DNA of 64,000 nt from Podarcis melisellensis (GCA_964234715.1 OZ174290.1); one strand, 5' to 3'; shown: positions 37,196-49,759, counted from the first letter of the stretch. Notes: generated by a model from the letters alone, not told the origin. Translations and numbers: made by a program.

Positions 37196-37283
37196 CTACA
37201 TGCGCGAAGACGGGCTGGCCAGCTCGTAGAAAAGCAGGTAGGCGTCGCTGCTCCGGACGTGGCTTGAGGAGAGCGGTGTCACG
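37196..37283 (-). CDS. USP2: USP2 last coding exon
   Basis: [29 protein letters not shown]; ctgcag| acceptor, TAG at 37198-37196. Summed CDS is 1191 nt = 396 aa. Confidence 0.96.
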
Positions 37284-37969
37284 CTGCAGGGGGAAAGAGG
37301 AGAAAGCAGTTAGGGGGCTGAGGTCCGGCACTGGGGTGGGACCCCAGGGAATGTATATAATATAAGAACGTAAAGTAGGGATCTGCTAGACCAAGGAACA
37401 TCGAGTCCAGCACCCTGCTTTCCAGTACGGGCAACTCCCCGTTTATGCGGGGATTACGTTCCGAGGCACCACACGCTTAAGCGAAATTGCAAAAATTGGA
37501 AACACCATTGAGAAAGCCTGCAAATGCCCTCTAAACCTCTGGAGACCCTTGGGAAACCCTTTTAAAAACAAAAACATCTGCCCACCAAACAATCTCATCT
37601 CCAGAGGCCTCAAAGGTTGGTGCAAAGACTCCTGGGATTGCGCTTGCAAAGGTTTGTAGGATTGCTAGATGCTACTTTTGCACCTTTTTTTGCCATTTTT
37701 GTGCCCCTTTTTATGCGACTTCTGGGTTTCTGGAGATTGTGCATGCGTGCATAAGAAGCATATGCTCTACCACTAAGCATGAATGTCCACTGGTGGTGGG
37801 AGCAAGGGAACCATAATGCTCTGATTCCCAGTTTTCATTTTTTTTTAAAAAAAGAGAATGTTTCTAGCATTTGTAGAACCTAAGATTTGAGATACAGGCG
37901 CTGCTAATCTCCTGTGGGCCCCCATGTGAAAGCTGCAGCCCCCTCCCAATATAGAAGTCCTAGATATAC

Positions 37970-38090
37970 CGTGAGTCATTGAAGGCATGCCACTCTCCGG
38001 ACACAGGGTTTTTGCAGTAGGCTGTGTAGTGACCTCCCATTGTGGTCCCACTGTGATTGGAGACGGCGTACAGGTTGTAAATAGCATGAT
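37970..38090 (-). CDS. USP2: USP2 exon (His box)
   Basis: [40 protein letters not shown]; ttgcag| ... CG|gtatat; 121 nt. Confidence 0.96.
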
Positions 38091-38923
38091 CTGCAAGGTG
38101 AGAACAAAACAGGCACACACAGCGTCACTTTCATGTTCTGTGCTCTACTTATCAATGTGTAAAAAGGGGAAGAAACACAGGCATCAGGACTTCATGAATC
38201 ACATAGGCAAACCCTGGTGAAATTTTACTATAGTCTTATTCAATCACCTCTTTTTTGCTACTCTCAAAATTCTTTTGGTGCTGGCTCGAAATTTCACTTT
38301 TGCAGAAGTTTGGTAGGGGGTTAGCTCTTCGCCACCCCTGCATTTTCAATTGGACATCCAGAACAGATGAGAGGTGGCTGCGGGGAGCCTACAGCATTGC
38401 TTGACAAACTAGCTGTGTTTGTGTTTCTGTGTGTTTGCATGAGATGTTGCCATTCTTATTGAAACCAGCGGCAAACCCGTTCAATCCTCGTGGCTTCAAG
38501 GGATTCTAGGCAGGGTTGTGGCACTGGGGCAGCTGAGCAAAATTTAAAAAAGGTCAACAGCATAATGGATTTATAATGCCCAGATGCTTTTGCGTGGCAG
38601 CAGGGAGCAGAAGTGGATGGTGTTATGGGGTGATGGCAATGACCTGACCTCCCTACAGGTGAGCTACTGCTGTTATTGGGAGGGAGAGGGGTCAGGTGGC
38701 AGGGAGGCCAGAGAATTGCAAATGCACCGGCAGGAGTACTGGACTGGCTCTTCCGAAGCATTTGCACCACGATGATCTTTCTGTTATCGTGCCCTTTATC
38801 CTCCCAATAAGCAACAACGGCCCAGCTGTCAGGAGGTTAAATGTTCACTGTCGGCCCATCATTTCATCTGCTGCCAGTGGGGAGCCAAGACTGTTAAACC
38901 AGTTTCAAACTAGCTTCATTTTA

Positions 38924-39157
38924 CAGTGGTACCTCGGGTTAAGTACTTAATTCGTTCCGGAGGTCCGTTCTTAACCTGAAACTGTTCTTAACCTGAAGCA
39001 CCACTTTAACTAATGGGGCCTCCTGCTGCCGCTGGAGCACAATTTCTCTTCTCATCCTGAAGCAAAGTTCTTAACCTGAAGCACTATTTCTGGGTTAGCG
39101 GAGTCTGTAACCTGAAGCGTATGTAACCTGAAGCGTATGTAACCTGTGGTACCACTG
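38924..39157. mobile_element. Tc1/mariner-type MITE, family A (opposite orientation)
   Basis: TIR CAGTGGTACC, TA TSD; internal tandem duplication aagcgtatgtaacctg. Confidence 0.85.
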
Positions 39158-39536
39158 TATAGTGTACATAAAATGCTACTCACTTAGCGCAACAATAAAG
39201 ATTTGATTTGTAGTGTATACAAGAGGACTAAGAACTGCTCTGCTAGAATGGACCAAAGTCTATCTAGTCCACACTTCTGCTTTGAACAGCTGCTGCCAAG
39301 CCTTTGGATGCTTTCACACAGGGCATGTTGGTGATGCCTATCTTGTTTGTTTGTCTCCAGCATCTGGCACTCGGAGATGGACTGCCCTTGTATATGGAGG
39401 TTCCATTTAGCTGCACTTGATAATGTGAAGTCCTATTGTTGACGCAACCTTCCCACCTGCAGTGCCCACCTTGCCCCTCTCAGGCTCCTCCCACCCATTC
39501 TGGTTCCTGCAAGGAAAAAAAACAAAAACCACTCAC

Positions 39537-39644
39537 TGCAGTTTTGGGATGCAAATTCCCTCAGGTCCAAGTCCTTGAGTGGGAAATTAACGAACGTGGT
39601 GAGCTTGCTGGATCGCATCCTTGCTTCAGAGAAACGCTTCAGGT
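39537..39644 (-). CDS. USP2: USP2 exon (HLKRF motif)
   Basis: [36 protein letters not shown]; atcccag| ... A|gtgagt; 108 nt. Confidence 0.96.
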
Positions 39645-40454
39645 CTGGGATAGGAAGTTAAGGAAGAAGAGCAGACGGACTAACAGGACAAATATATTAT
39701 GGGAAAGAAAGGAGGCTATTGGGCAACTTGTCTGACCTGTTTCTCATTGTTGGAGGGAAGGGTCTGGGCTCCCTGGAAGCTCTCTTCTGGAAGCAACCTG
39801 CTACCCGTGGAAAATTGGCTACTCTATCAAGCATAATCAGGGCTGTGTGTGTGCCTTACTGTATTTTAAATCAAAGTTCTAACAAAGCTAGATTCCGTGA
39901 CCTATACGGCCTATTCCAACCAAGTGCATTTGCTTAGTTTTGAATTTATTCCAGTCCTGTTATTCTGAATGCTTAAAAACTTAATGACACATTTTTATCC
40001 TGCCCTTGTTCCAAGTTGCTCAGGGTGGTGTACAAGGTTCGCTTCCTCTCACAACAACCCTGAGAGGTAGGTTAAGGGGCTGGAGAGAGACTTGCAAAGG
40101 TCACACAAGAAGCCTCCCAGCCAACTGGACATTCGAACCCGGGTGCCCTCATTTGACACATCCAACAAACTGGATTTCGAGATACAGGAAGCAGCGCTGG
40201 AATGCCATCCCCCTTCACCACCCCAGCTCAAACTTCCTTGCTCATGGTTTGTGGCTAGCATGAGGGCTAGAATCTTGAACATTTAAAATCAAAACATTAA
40301 AAGCTGAGATCTTGAGATGCTGAATTCTATGCCCAATTCAAAACCCCTGTGTGATGTTATTGCAGAACAGCTGCCCCCACCCCTATCTGTGATTCAATTG
40401 CTGTCTATATGCTCTCTAGAATAAGGACACAGCCACAGGGAAGGCAAAGGATAC
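39645..40454 (-). other. USP2: U12-type (minor spliceosome) GT-AG intron of USP2
   Basis: 5' splice site GTATCCTTT (40454-40446). Branch site TTCCTTAAC (39665-39657) ends 12 nt before the intron's 3' end. Confidence 0.93.
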
Positions 40455-40533
40455 GCAACACTAAAATCTTTGGGAACCTCTGGATGCTGAATTTTTTCAT
40501 GCATTTTGTCCTGGCTTTGCAGCGGCAGCAGGT
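40455..40533 (-). CDS. USP2: USP2 exon (second Zn-binding CxxC), followed by a U12-type donor
   Basis: [26 protein letters not shown]; ttccag| ... C|gtatccttt; 79 nt. Confidence 0.96.
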
Positions 40534-41083
40534 CTGGAAAATAAAGGGAATCCTGATTAGTGGGAAGATATCATTAAAGTGCTGTGTCACAGGGATAAGG
40601 CTGGGCTAGCTCCTCTTCCTCTCCCTTCTGGTGGCCAGGGCTCCTACCCCTTGAGGTGGCAGCTGCCTGCATTCCAGTCCACCTATGCCTATATGCGCAC
40701 AGGAGTGCAGTAGCACCGCTAGGAAACATGATCAACAACTCTGGGGGCACCAACAGCCACCAAGAACTAGGGAGAAAGGGAGAGATAAAGAGCAGCAAAT
40801 GCTGGCTGGATTTGCTTGGAGTAGGAAGTGGGTGGCAGGATTCATTCAGTTTGCCTTTTAAAGAAAACCTACCAAATTTGCACTTCCTTAGCCAGTAAAT
40901 TAAAAACACAACCCCCCCCCAAAGTTGCTGCTCAAAATTCACCCCTCTGAATTTTTGTGATGCAGTTCTCCAACCAAAAATTGTGTACAAAGGTGCATAT
41001 CATGTACAAACCCACGTAAACTGCTTGCGCAAATGCATATATTGGGAGAAATGCCAACAAAAAAGCACATGAATATCCCTTAC

Positions 41084-41164
41084 TGGTTTCTCATCTCCGT
41101 CTAGGATGTCCTCCTTGGTGAAGAGATACATGCAGTCAATCAAGTTCACCTCCCCGTAGCTCTT
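41084..41164 (-). CDS. USP2: USP2 exon
   Basis: [27 protein letters not shown]; ttgcag| ... |gtaagg; 81 nt. Confidence 0.96.
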
Positions 41165-41292
41165 CTGCAAAAAGAGGGAAGACACACCAAAGAGGTGGGA
41201 GTTAAGAGCGTTCCACCAGAGCTGGCATGGAAGGGTGTGGGAGACAAAACAGGACCAAGGTGGCCAGGAAGTAATGGAGAGCACATGGTTAC

Positions 41293-41396
41293 CTTAGCAA
41301 TGGGTAGTGACAGGTCCCAGAAGGGATCGAAGGCTGTTGAGCAGTAGCCACACTCACTGCACGTCAGAGAACTCTTGAGCTGCCCAACAAAGAGAT
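41293..41396 (-). CDS. USP2: USP2 exon (first Zn-binding CxxC)
   Basis: [35 protein letters not shown]; cttcag| ... AAG|gtaacc; 104 nt. Confidence 0.96.
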
Positions 41397-42758
41397 CTGA
41401 AGAGGCAAAAAGTTGGGGAAAATGAAGAGCGGGGACATGCAAGGGAGGGATGGTTCACTGTTGTTGGCTGGACGAATCAGTGAAGGCTATCCAAACACTC
41501 AACCTCTTCCCCAAACAAGACTGGGCAACTGGGAGCCTGAATACTACACTTGTCCCAGAATCCCATTCTGCGTGGCACTTGGCATCTCTACCAACCCATC
41601 CGCCTTACTCACAGCAGAGGACTGGTATTCTGTGTTGGCCTCTGGGTTAGGGTTAGGGTTGCTAGTCATGTGACAGAGTGAGGCCATTGCCTCAGGTGGC
41701 AGATGCTAAGGGGTAGGGAGAGCTGTGTGTGTCACAGGGCCTGTTCTGCCCACCTGCCTGCCAAGCTAACCTGCTGCCTTCTGGGAGCGGTAGAGGTCCA
41801 CGTCCTGTTGCCAGTTCCAAAGTAAGATTTAACTGCTAGCCTGGCAGAAGTACTATCTAGTCCTTCACCTCAGGCAGAAACATATCTTGGATCCACCTGG
41901 CAGCTAATCTGTGGCTTTCTAGGCAGGTGGAATCCAAATTTATGGGGTTCCATTTTGCACTTCAGATGCCATCCTGGGGAGAGGCTTCTCCCACCTGCCT
42001 CTTAATGGCTGAGGTTTTGATCCAGCCTCCCCAATTAGCTTTAATGACTCAGAAAGCCTTCTGGGCTCTATGATGGACCATCAAAGCCTTCTCAACTCCT
42101 GGGCCTGAATCAGGTCACCTTATCTTTCTATACAAGCTTTGAAATCCAAGGCCTTCTCAAGCTGCTCTGATAAAACAGCCCCACTAAGCCAAATCACTAC
42201 GGATCAAGATGAAACCGTAAGCCAGCCTTTGTTCTCTGTGTGCAAATTTTAAATAACCACATCAAGGCACAATTTTGCGCAAAACTGTACTTGAAAGGGC
42301 CTCTTAAGGGACAAACTAGATGCTGAGTACAGTTAACCTATCTCACTTTTAGCATTTAAATAGCAAATGTGTGTGTGAGAGAGCAAGTGAGGGTGATAGT
42401 TGTGAGATCATTTTTTAAAAAATTGGCACAAATGAAGCTTTCCTCTTAGGCTAAGATCAGCTTCATTGGAATGGAAGAAGGGCAGGTAAATTTATCAACT
42501 GCAGTGAAGGTGAAAGGGTTAACTCCCCACCCCCTGCTACTTACATGCCATCTCCTATGGCCTGCTATCTAAGGCCACATCTGCACCAGACATTTAAAGC
42601 AGCACCATTCGTTAATGGTACCAAGAGTTGTTAGGAGACCAATTTCTGCCCCAGAGAGCTACAATTCCCAGAATTGTTTAACCATCGACCTCTCCCCCTG
42701 GGCAACTCTGAAATTATAGCTCTGCAAGCGGATTAGCAGCCTCCTAACAATGCTCAGA

Positions 42759-43102
42759 GGGACGTGGGTGGCGCTGTGGGTTAAACCACAGAGCCTAGGA
42801 CTTGCCGATCAGAAGGTCGGCGGTTCAAATCCCCGCGACGGGGTGAGCTCCTGTTGCTCGGTCCCTGCTCCTGCCAACCTAGCAGTTCAAAAGCACGTGC
42901 AAGTAGATAAATAGGTACCGCTCTGGCGGGAAGGTAAACGGTGTTTCCGTGCGCTACTCTGGTTCACCAGAAGCGGCTTAGTCATGCTGGCCACATGACC
43001 CGGAAGCTGTACGCCGGCTCCCTCGGCCAATAAAGCAAGATGAGCGCCGCAACTCCAGAGTCGGTCATGACTGGACCTAATGGTCAGGGGTCCCTTTGCC
43101 TT
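42759..43102 (+). mobile_element. Sauria SINE
   Basis: Full length; TSD taacaatgctcaga. Confidence 0.9.
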
Positions 43103-43534
43103 TAACAATGCTCAGAACCCTAAAAAAACTACGGTTCCCAGGATTCTCTGGGGAAGCCAAGACTGCTTAAAGTGGTAGGATGCTGCTTTGAACACATGGT
43201 GCAGAGATGTGGCGTAAGATCTAAAAATAATTAAAAATGTTAACTGAAATCACACAGTTAGTGCAATGCTTGATGCTGTGGGGAATGTGCCGAGTCAGGA
43301 AATGCCAGGACAAGGCACCTGTCTCATTCAGAATTCTGAGCTGAAATCACCACCACCCATACCTGGGCTCCTGATGCCTTCTCCTAACTCCCAGTTCATC
43401 CTGTAATGGTTCTGGAGTCTCATGGGCTGCACTTTAAGTCACAGGTGGGGAAACTTTTGGCCCTTCAGATGCTGGGAGCTGCTGCTGGAGGGCCACAGGT
43501 TCCCCCCTGCCCTGCTCTCCTGGCAAAGACTTAC

Positions 43535-43599
43535 CCCCAATCCGGCTGTCTTCTCTTGCCAGGTATTTCATCCACATCTGTCTGCCCTTTTCATCATCG
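43535..43599 (-). CDS. USP2: USP2 exon
   Basis: DDEKGRQMWMKYLAREDSRIG; ttgcag| ... G|gtaagt; 65 nt. Confidence 0.96.
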
Positions 43600-43813
43600 C
43601 TGCAAAAAAGGAGACAGAAAAAGTCTATCCAAGGCTCTTCCAGGGTCAAAGGGAACTCACATGAGAGACTGCAGGGGTGTGTGGAGTGCTGGATTACAAC
43701 TGGGCAAGCTTAAATCCCTAAAGCTCATGGGGCAACCTTGGGCTAGTCACTCTCACCCTACGCTACAGGACTGGTGTAAATATACATTTAGGAGGTGTGG
43801 GGGCAACTGTGTA

Positions 43814-44026
43814 CAGTGGTACCTCTGGTTAAGAACTTAATTTGTTCCGGAGGTCTGTTCTTAACATGAAACTGTTCTTAACCTAAGGTACCACTTAATG
43901 GGGCCTCCTGCTGCCGCTGGAGCACAATTTCTGTTCTCATCCTGAAGCAAAGTTCTTAAGCCGAGGTACTATTTCTGGGTTAGTGGAGTCTGTAACCTGA
44001 TGCGTCTGTAACCCGAGGTACCACCA
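43814..44026. mobile_element. Tc1/mariner-type MITE, family A
   Basis: Same internal sequence; right TIR slightly decayed. Confidence 0.8.
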
Positions 44027-44446
44027 TATCTTAAAGTATAATTTTATCCTGCTCTTTGGCAAAAACAAACAAACAGCCAACTGCTCCCAGAGCACTTCAC
44101 AAGTGTCCATCATAAGACATTCCCTGCCTTCAAGCTTACTATCTAAGAGACACGACACAAAATGAAAAAAGGGATTGCAATGGAGAAAAAGCAAAGCAAA
44201 GCCAGGTACCATATCCTAGTTACAATTTCTCATTTTTCCAATCTGAAGCCACATTTTCCACATCAGTTGGCAGCTTTTATTTTCTTTTAAAAGCCCCTTT
44301 CCATGCAGTTCTGATCAATATATACATTTCTGCAAGCAACTTTCCCTAATAATATAATTCATTTTAGGAGCCAGCGCCACCCGCAATCCAATGCCCACCC
44401 CCCTTCTCTGCCTGCTCTTCCCAGTTCACACTCTACTGCGACTCAC

Positions 44447-44557
44447 GTGAGATGGTCTAGGTTGTCTTGGTTGCCTTTGGGCCGCACCAGCACTCGGTTC
44501 ACCTCACTGTGGAGCCCATCAAGGAGAAACCGCAGGAACTCCTGTGCGTCTTGCTGG
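44447..44557 (-). CDS. USP2: USP2 exon (QQDAQEF motif)
   Basis: [37 protein letters not shown]; ttgcag| ... |gtgagt; 111 nt. Read by hand; not in the ORF track. Confidence 0.96.
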
Positions 44558-45408
44558 CTGCAAAGAAGAGAAAGGTAAGCGTTAACTAATCCCCATCAGA
44601 GCTGCCGGTAAGGTCTTCCAGATAGGATCATGAGAGCTGGAAGTCCCACTTGGCTAGTCAGCTTCCTAGCCAGCTTCTGAGACCAAATTCAGGGCAAACA
44701 GAGGCCTTTTGCAGGAAGAACTGGATGGTGCAGGCAGGGTTAAATGGCATGGTTCCTAAGCTTGTGATCCTACCTTGCAAACATCCACACACTGCCTTTC
44801 ACATCAGCTGACACTGGCTATGCCTGCATTGAAGCAATTCCTACTACGGTAAATGAATCTCGCTCTAACTCTGCACCAGGTTATTTTGGGTGGGTGGGTA
44901 TAAAGGAGCCCAAAGCTCGGTGCAAGCTAAAAGCATATTTGAGGCTGGGTTTTTTTTGCAGGTGTATTCTGCAACATGCCATTGACACATTAATACTGCA
45001 TTAGCCGTCAATTTATACTGGAACGTCTGCACATCATTCCGCTTTATTATTTAATGGTTTCCCCAATGCTTGTGCGTTACTGCCACTTGAAAGGGCGGTC
45101 CTGCTCTACAGCACAATAAAAAGGAGGAACATTGGTGGTAGGTCCCAGGATTTCAGCCAGAAGTAACAGGACACGCACCAATTGGACATGTACCAGGATA
45201 GCCGCTCGAAAACCTTTTGCAGGGGCAGACAGTACTGAAAGTGGGATTACGTATAACTACCCTGATACCATCTCATGCACAAAGCATCACAAATGCACAA
45301 CAAAAGGGACCGGAGGGGCTACATCTGGAGACCACTAATTAATCCACCCCCTGCAACCCAACAAATAATTTTGTCCATTGGAAAATTGCAGGTGGTAACA
45401 TTTCTTAC

Positions 45409-45520
45409 TTGTAACCAACAAAGCGGGGCGCGTATCTTTGAATCTGGGTCTTGAATTCAGAAGGACTCACGGATTCATTGGGGGATGACGTCCACAATGC
45501 CTGGATGAGCTTGGCAAACT
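45409..45520 (-). CDS. USP2: USP2 exon
   Basis: [37 protein letters not shown]; gtccag| ... AA|gtaaga; 112 nt. Confidence 0.96.
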
Positions 45521-46787
45521 CTGGACAGTGGAAGGGAGAAGGTGATTGGGGAGGTGGGGGGGGCAGAAAGAGAGAAAATACTTGAAGGTTAGGTTTGTCA
45601 GGGAAAGGCAATGGCTTTGCCATGGAATCTATTTCACAAAATGTATCTGAAAGACCCTAAAGTCTAGTCAGGGTTCAAATTCCCACTTGACCATGAACTT
45701 GATTGGGTGACCTTGGGCTGCCTCTCTCAGCCCAGCCTACCTCGCAGGATGGTTGTGGGGATTAAATGGAGAGCGAGGGAGCTCTTTGGAGAAAAGGCTG
45801 GGATATAAATGCAATATATTATAAATATTTAGGCTGCCTCCGGTCTATTTTGTGGAAGAGAATCACATGCATGCTGGAAATTTAGGTTTGCACAATTAAA
45901 GTGGATTAAAATGGCCTCTCTCTCTCTCTTGCTCAAGTATAACGAGTTCACTTTGCAAAAAAAGGATCAGACTGCTGTTTGGAAGGTGAGAGGGGAAAGT
46001 GTGAGATGAACAAATGACTCATGGGAAGATGTATAAAACCCTACAAACAAATCAGGATGGATGTGGGACAAAGGCTCATTGCAATATACTGCCCGCAATC
46101 CCGCAAACAAATTAGAGTGAATGCGTAATACATCAGGATATAGTCTAACCTCTGTGTAAGCTTTGTGCAAGCAAATCAAGATGACTGGCCAGTGAACAGG
46201 TTATCTGGGAGGAGCCCATAGATAAATAGAGGTCCAACTATTGGTCTACTGAGCTCACTACTGTCTACTCTGGTTGGCAGCAGCTCTCCTGGGTCTCAGA
46301 TGGAGATCTCACATTAGCGAGAGATGCCCCCCCCCCCCGTCAGATGCCTGGCTGTCCACCCCCATTTTGGCACTCCTGGGAAGGCAGGAAATGCATTCAG
46401 GAGACTCATCAAGTCCACCACACATGACTGGAGTTTATCTCCTGCTGCAGAGGAGACAGAACAACAAAGAGGGTAAAACTGAAACCCAGAAAAGCCATTT
46501 AGTGTTTCATCAGAGTTCCTTATTGTTGTATTTCTGTATCGTTTCGAGGCTCGCTTCTCGTTTTGCTCAGCTGTGGAGGAAGCACTGAATTTCCTTCTGC
46601 CTCAAAAACCAACCTACCCTTCTCGGAGGGGCCTTAAAGTCATATCTGCCCCTGGCAAAGACCCTGGTCTGAAACCTCTGGGGAGAGAGCAGCTGCCAGT
46701 CAGTGTTGACAATATGGAGCCGAGCGGACCAAGGGCCTAATTGGTATAAGGCTGCTTGCCCTGTGTGTGAAATGTCACGGTCCTTAC

Positions 46788-46911
46788 CAGCCATGAGGGC
46801 CATCTGCATGCGGCTTTTGTTGTTCAGGTCGTGGACGTACTGGTTCTGCAAGCAGTAATCTCGGAGCTCTTTGGTGTTGCTCAGACACTGCAGGATTGAG
46901 TTCATAAAACA
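46788..46911 (-). CDS. USP2: USP2 exon carrying the catalytic Cys
   Basis: [41 protein letters not shown]; cctgtag| ... G|gtaagg; 124 nt. Confidence 0.96.
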
Positions 46912-49154
46912 CTACAGGAGGCAAACAAATGAACATGCATGAAGTGTAAGGACAGACAAAATAGGTCAACTTCCTTTTCCTTTCCCCTTTTTCTAATTTC
47001 AAATTCAGCTGGCCACAGTTCTGCAACAGATCGTGACCCCCCATCCAAATATCATAAATATCTGTTCGCGTTTTAGTGCCCATTCGTCCTAATGTGCGCA
47101 TTCTGGTATGCAATTTTGCCTACTATACACATATTTGCAAGCGATTTTTGGCACTAAGAACTTTATTTAGGTATGTAAAACATTTATACATCTTGCCGTT
47201 CATCACCAAGAGCTCTGTTAGGTGGCTAACAGAAACGAAACCATAAATTAAACCTTTTTAACGTATCGCTTGCAATTTTACAAGCCAAAGCACCAAAACA
47301 GAAGGCAGGAACTGGCATAATCCAGCAGCAGTAAGAACCGTAAGAAAATACAAGAGAATGTTAGAATCAGGTCAGTAAAGGAACCCCAGCCATTTGCAGT
47401 CTAAATGCCTTCCGAAAAGGGAAAGGATTCTTTTTAAAATATATATATATAAATATACAAAAAAGGCCATTAAAGAGATGGTGGGAGCGATGAGCTTGCT
47501 TCCCTCAAGAGAGAGTTCCCAAGCATAGACAATGTATGTTTTATTATTGCTAAAGCTCCCTTAGGGCCAGAGTCCTTTAATGGCTGAAAAGTATACTACA
47601 AATAATTTCATATAATTCTCTGGAGTCTTTTTTTTTTGCAATGTGTGTGTCTTTCAACCAAGATTCCTCCTTCTGGGGAAAGGCGATACAAATCTGCATT
47701 GCTTTTAAATGCAAATAGTGGGTGAAGCTGAGCTGGTCGTTAACTTAATTCTTCCTCCCTTCACCTGCTGTGATCCTGGCTAATAAAAACCCTCTTCTGC
47801 AGGTGCTGGGAAAGAACGCTATCATCTGTCCTAGTGGGTGGATTCTCTCTCCTGCTCCCAGTTTAGCAAACAGCAGCTTCAGAGGAGGTGTCCCCCTCCC
47901 CCAGGACTGCAGCAGGGGGGAAAGGGTTAAAACTCCCCTCCATGTCGGCTGTGATTCTGTTAGCAGTCAGCCTTGCCCCTCTGCCCCTGTCCTCTACCAC
48001 CACCACCCTCCCTGAGTTTGAGGCCAGCACCAAAATCTGTATAAGTCCACCTGTACTAAGATATCTGTGATCACATCCACACCATACTGTACATTAAAAG
48101 CACATGGCTTCCCCCAAAGACTTCTGGGAACAATAGTTTCTTAAGGGTGCTATAACCTTCAGAGGGGTAAACTACAGATCCCAGCATTCTCTGTTCAAGT
48201 GTCATAAATGTTCTGTGTGCATAGGGTGTGGGTGTCTGAGATGGCGAGGCTGTGGAATAAAAAAAAATCCATGTAAGACAGACCCTTATATTTCCAAATG
48301 GGACTTAACAGTTATCACTTTACCTAAATGTGACTAGGGATCTGATAGTGAGACGGCTGCATTTTTAATGCCTTCCTCTTAGTTTTATCAACGGGGAACA
48401 TTTTCAAAAACGCATTTATTGTCATTTGACGTTGCGCTTTCATACATCATGTGAACTGCCTTGAGAAAAGAATGTTCTTCCTGAAAGGCTCAGGTGTGGA
48501 AACCTACTGGATGGGCAAACCTCAGCTGTTCGGGCCCAAATTAGGCCTTGTGAGGTTAAATGCTCCTCCGAATTCAACATGTAGGTGTTTGCGCCTGCAC
48601 TTAAAAACAACTCTAAACAAGCACTGCATGTTAAACCTAAAAGAGCATTAAATTTCATGAGTTTGGGCCTGAGCGGTTGAGGCTTGGTGGGGTGGGAGGG
48701 TGACAAACTTCCTGAGACGGTTGCAAAAAGGCCCTTCAGAAGGGCAGGGGATTCCCACCACAGCAAAGGGGAACTGAGGGACAAACAGCGGTGGAAAGAG
48801 CTGTCGAAATTTCCTGCGTTGGCGGGGTACCCACCCACCGGGCACAGAGAAGTGCCACACCACTAATTCAGCCGTGACTGGCTCAGCTGGCGTTGTGTGT
48901 GCACGACTTTCCCACATACTATGTTCTCATTACAGTGCCAGAGGCAATGTGGCCTCTGAACGCCCGTTGCTGGGGCTCACGTGTTGGGAACAGCGCTATT
49001 GCGCTCAGACGCTGCTTACAATATGATAATCTTTATTGTCATTATCCCATACAGAACAACGAAATTGGAAAAATCTACATCAGACATTCAAAAAACAACA
49101 AGCCTGCTATCCCAGCTATCCCAGCCTGGTTAGCCCCCTAAAAACTCTGATAAA

Positions 49155-49490
49155 AAGGTAAAGGGACCCCTGAACATTAGGTCCAGTCATGGCCCACTCT
49201 GGGGTTGCGGCGCTCATCTCGCTTTATTGGCCGAGGGAGCCGGCATACAGCTTCCGGGTCATGTGGCCAGCATGACCAAGCCACTTCTGGCGAACCAGAG
49301 CAGCGCACGGAAACACCGTTTACCTTCCTGCCGGAGTGGTACCTATTTATCTACTTGCACTTGACGTGCTTTCGAACTGCTAGGTTGGCAGGAGCTGAGA
49401 CCGAGCAACGGGGGCTCACCCCGTTGCGGGGATTCGAACTGCCAACCTTTTGATCGGCAAGTCCTAGGGTCTGTGGTTTAACCCACAGCG
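49155..49490 (-). mobile_element. Sauria SINE (left arm of inverted pair)
   Basis: Reverse copy ending at ...acccacagcg. Confidence 0.9.
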
Positions 49491-49759
49491 AATCCCCGCG
49501 ATGAGGTGAGCTCCTGTTGCTCGGTCCCTGCTCCTGCCAACCTAGCAGTTTGAAAGCACGTCAAAGCGCAAGTAGATAAATAGGTACCGTTCCGGCGGGA
49601 AGGTAAATGGCATTTCTGTGCGCTGCTCTGGTTCGCCAGAAGTGGCTTAGCCATGCTGGCCACATGACCTGGAAGTTGTACGCCATAAAGCGAGATGAGC
49701 ACCACAACCCCAGAGTGGTCATGACTGGACCTAATGGTCAGGGGTCCCTTTACCCTTTA
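49491..49759 (+). mobile_element. Sauria SINE, 5'-truncated (right arm of inverted pair)
   Basis: Forward copy starting at aatccccgcg, directly abutting the reverse copy. Confidence 0.9.

Noticed and set aside
39110-39145. D-box-like GTATGTAAC motifs inside family A MITEs
   Set aside because: Mismatch to the TTAYGTAA core and part of a multi-copy TE; no evidence of function.
41644-41660. Short TTAGGG run (also inside the MITE at about 9668-9681)
   Set aside because: Only two or three units; too short to call an interstitial telomere.
29130-44026. Recurrent palindromic repeats that could suggest a CRISPR-like array
   Set aside because: Dispersed MITEs with TIRs and TSDs in a vertebrate genome; no regular repeat-spacer periodicity and no cas genes.
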